Assembly (NCBI GenBank): GCA_965644265.1
Contig: OZ286462.1
Coordinates: 117,552,001 to 117,616,000, forward strand
Direction of reading: 5' to 3'
From: Glycera tridactyla
Lineage: Eukaryota
DNA length: 64,000 nucleotides
In this document: piece after piece, positions 62,271 to 64,000 of the stretch
Layout of the letters: the number at the start of each line of letters is the position of its first letter
Position numbering within the stretch: position 1 is the first letter of the stretch
The notes under the pieces: generated by a model
The model's input: the letters and a program-made list of their open reading frames with translations, nothing else
The model's database searches: none
What the model was told of the DNA's origin: nothing
Position numbers and translations under genes: made by a program

Positions 62271-63176
62271 ACTCCAGGTAGAGTTCACAAACATCCTAAA
62301 TCTCTTCCCGTATTGGCGACCATGAAGAACTTCATCATACACATTTGTTCAATACCTCATTCTATTCTGAATATCTGTTGATTCATCAACATCATCATCT
62401 ATATATTGAATTAAATTTTTCCCACATTGTGAATAGACCTCAAAGAGTATTTGTTCTGCCTTTTTTGTTCATCTGTATTGTCCTCTCTGATCATCATATC
62501 AATCAGACACCTTTGAATCACTCACCAAGATAGATCACTGTTTATGTCTTTCTGTGATGCATGAAATGGATAGGTTACTTGCTCAATGTCTCGGGAGCAT
62601 CATCTGGTTCGGACTGACACCTATCCGATTGGCATGGGCGAACCCCCCCCCCCACCCCCCCTATATTGAGTTCCCAATCAAAGTTGAAAGTTGATGAACT
62701 TCACAGACCCGAGATGTCGTTTTGGTGTCATTCATGAAGATAATCTTAATATTACAAAGTGAATCAATTTTCATTCTTCACGCCATGAGATTGTGGTGGT
62801 GAAGAGAAAAATAGAGCGGCTACACAATCTTCAATGTCACACAGTTCATCCATCACATCCACCGATCCATCTATCTCTGACTACTATGAGTTCACTCTGG
62901 TTTGAAATTAAGTAGTCATCAAGGCAGACCCGTCAAGGAAATATTTTTAGATTTTTGACCAGTGAAGCCACTTGATTAATATGTACGCTTATAATGAATC
63001 TATTCTTGTGCCAAGCTAGGACTGTTCTGTCCATTTTGCTTATTACATGCGAACACTGCATGGGCTTACTGATTAGGTAAGTTGGTCCCTAATTTATGGT
63101 GAACATTTCTGTGATTCGGAGAAACCCGAGGATCAATCATCACTGCTACAATCATTTCTTTTTTTTGTGACACCTG

Positions 63177-63222
63177 GCAGGGGGCCTCGATAGAGAGGTG
63201 GTCTCAAAAGCAGGTTTGACCG
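63177..63222. mobile_element. Right-end fragment of a family-2-like MITE
   Basis: GAGAGGTGGTCTCAAAAGCAGGTTTGACCG resembles 54930-54959. Confidence 0.5.
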
Positions 63223-64000
63223 TTATTTCGATATGTTGGTCGTGCAGATGAGTGCTCACTTTGGACAACATGGACAACTTGGACAATTAGCCGACTTATC
63301 TGCTGATGTATCACATTTTGTGCGTTCTTTTTGGTATTTTTGCTATTGTATAAAAGGGATACAAGTGGCTGAAGAAACTTCTACACTACTTTTTACTAGA
63401 TTGCAGAGTGGACATATATAGGGTACAGTGCACAATCTTTTCAATCATCATCAATCATGGAATGTAAGACTCAGTGTATACTCTGAAAGTTTGGAAAAGC
63501 CCCCCAACGTCTCTGCCTTCAATTCATCAACACACGTGCATGCTAGCACAAGCATTTTGTACCGTCGACCCAATCTTTACAGTTGTTTTCGGCAGTAGAG
63601 TTTTTTTGCGATTATCCAGGTTTCTATAATACACACAATGGCACTCATTCCGAAAGAAGTTTGTCAGATTTGGTTTGATAGCCGGCTAATTGACACTTTC
63701 CTTTATCGCAAATAAGAGTGCGAATAATCCAGTTCTAAACAAGTGAAACTACTTTCAATGATCTTGATTTCAATATGAGGTAAATTTCAGACTACCTATT
63801 TCAGCCTTACCAATCCTGCGTGGATCTTTCATGAAATAATTAATGAAAATGTCACAATATTTCACCTCCTCAGCATAAAGCAATCGCATAAATGGAGAGT
63901 GTTTATGTATGTATGTGTGGGTTCAGATATTGGTGTATGTTAGTGTGTGCATGTGGTTGTGTGTGTTTGTATGTGTGTGTATGTATGTGTGTGTTTGTAT

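Overview
Repeat-dense animal genomic DNA, probably from an invertebrate; no intact host gene is recognisable. The backbone is a roughly 10-16 kb unit present as three copies (A <1-~23830, B 27848-~46050, C ~46500-~56150) plus more diverged fragments (D, ~57500-62300). Comparing the copies exposes exact empty sites for the nested insertions. (1) A 5'-truncated CR1/L2-group LINE (1612-4524, TSD ATCCTG) carrying an inverted 161-bp copy of nearby flank. (2) An apparently full-length 8.7-kb CR1/L2-group LINE (9575-18308, TSD AAATCA) with an unusual layout: an RRM-type ORF1, a separate SGNH-esterase ORF, an array of ~12-13 covarying 41-nt hairpins, and an APE-RT ORF2 with no upstream AUG. (3) A complete DIRS1-type tyrosine-recombinase retrotransposon (28998-39331) with inverted terminal repeats, an internal complementary region, gag, RT/RNaseH/MT and YR, itself interrupted by a third LINE. 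(4) Two families of TA-targeting Tc1/mariner-like MITEs. Also present: a microhomology-bounded inversion, a 115-bp minisatellite, microsatellites, two assembly gaps and an LTR-like promoter followed by four hairpins. The best candidate for an undescribed system is the three-ORF LINE with its structured hairpin array. All alignments and folds were done by eye, without tools.
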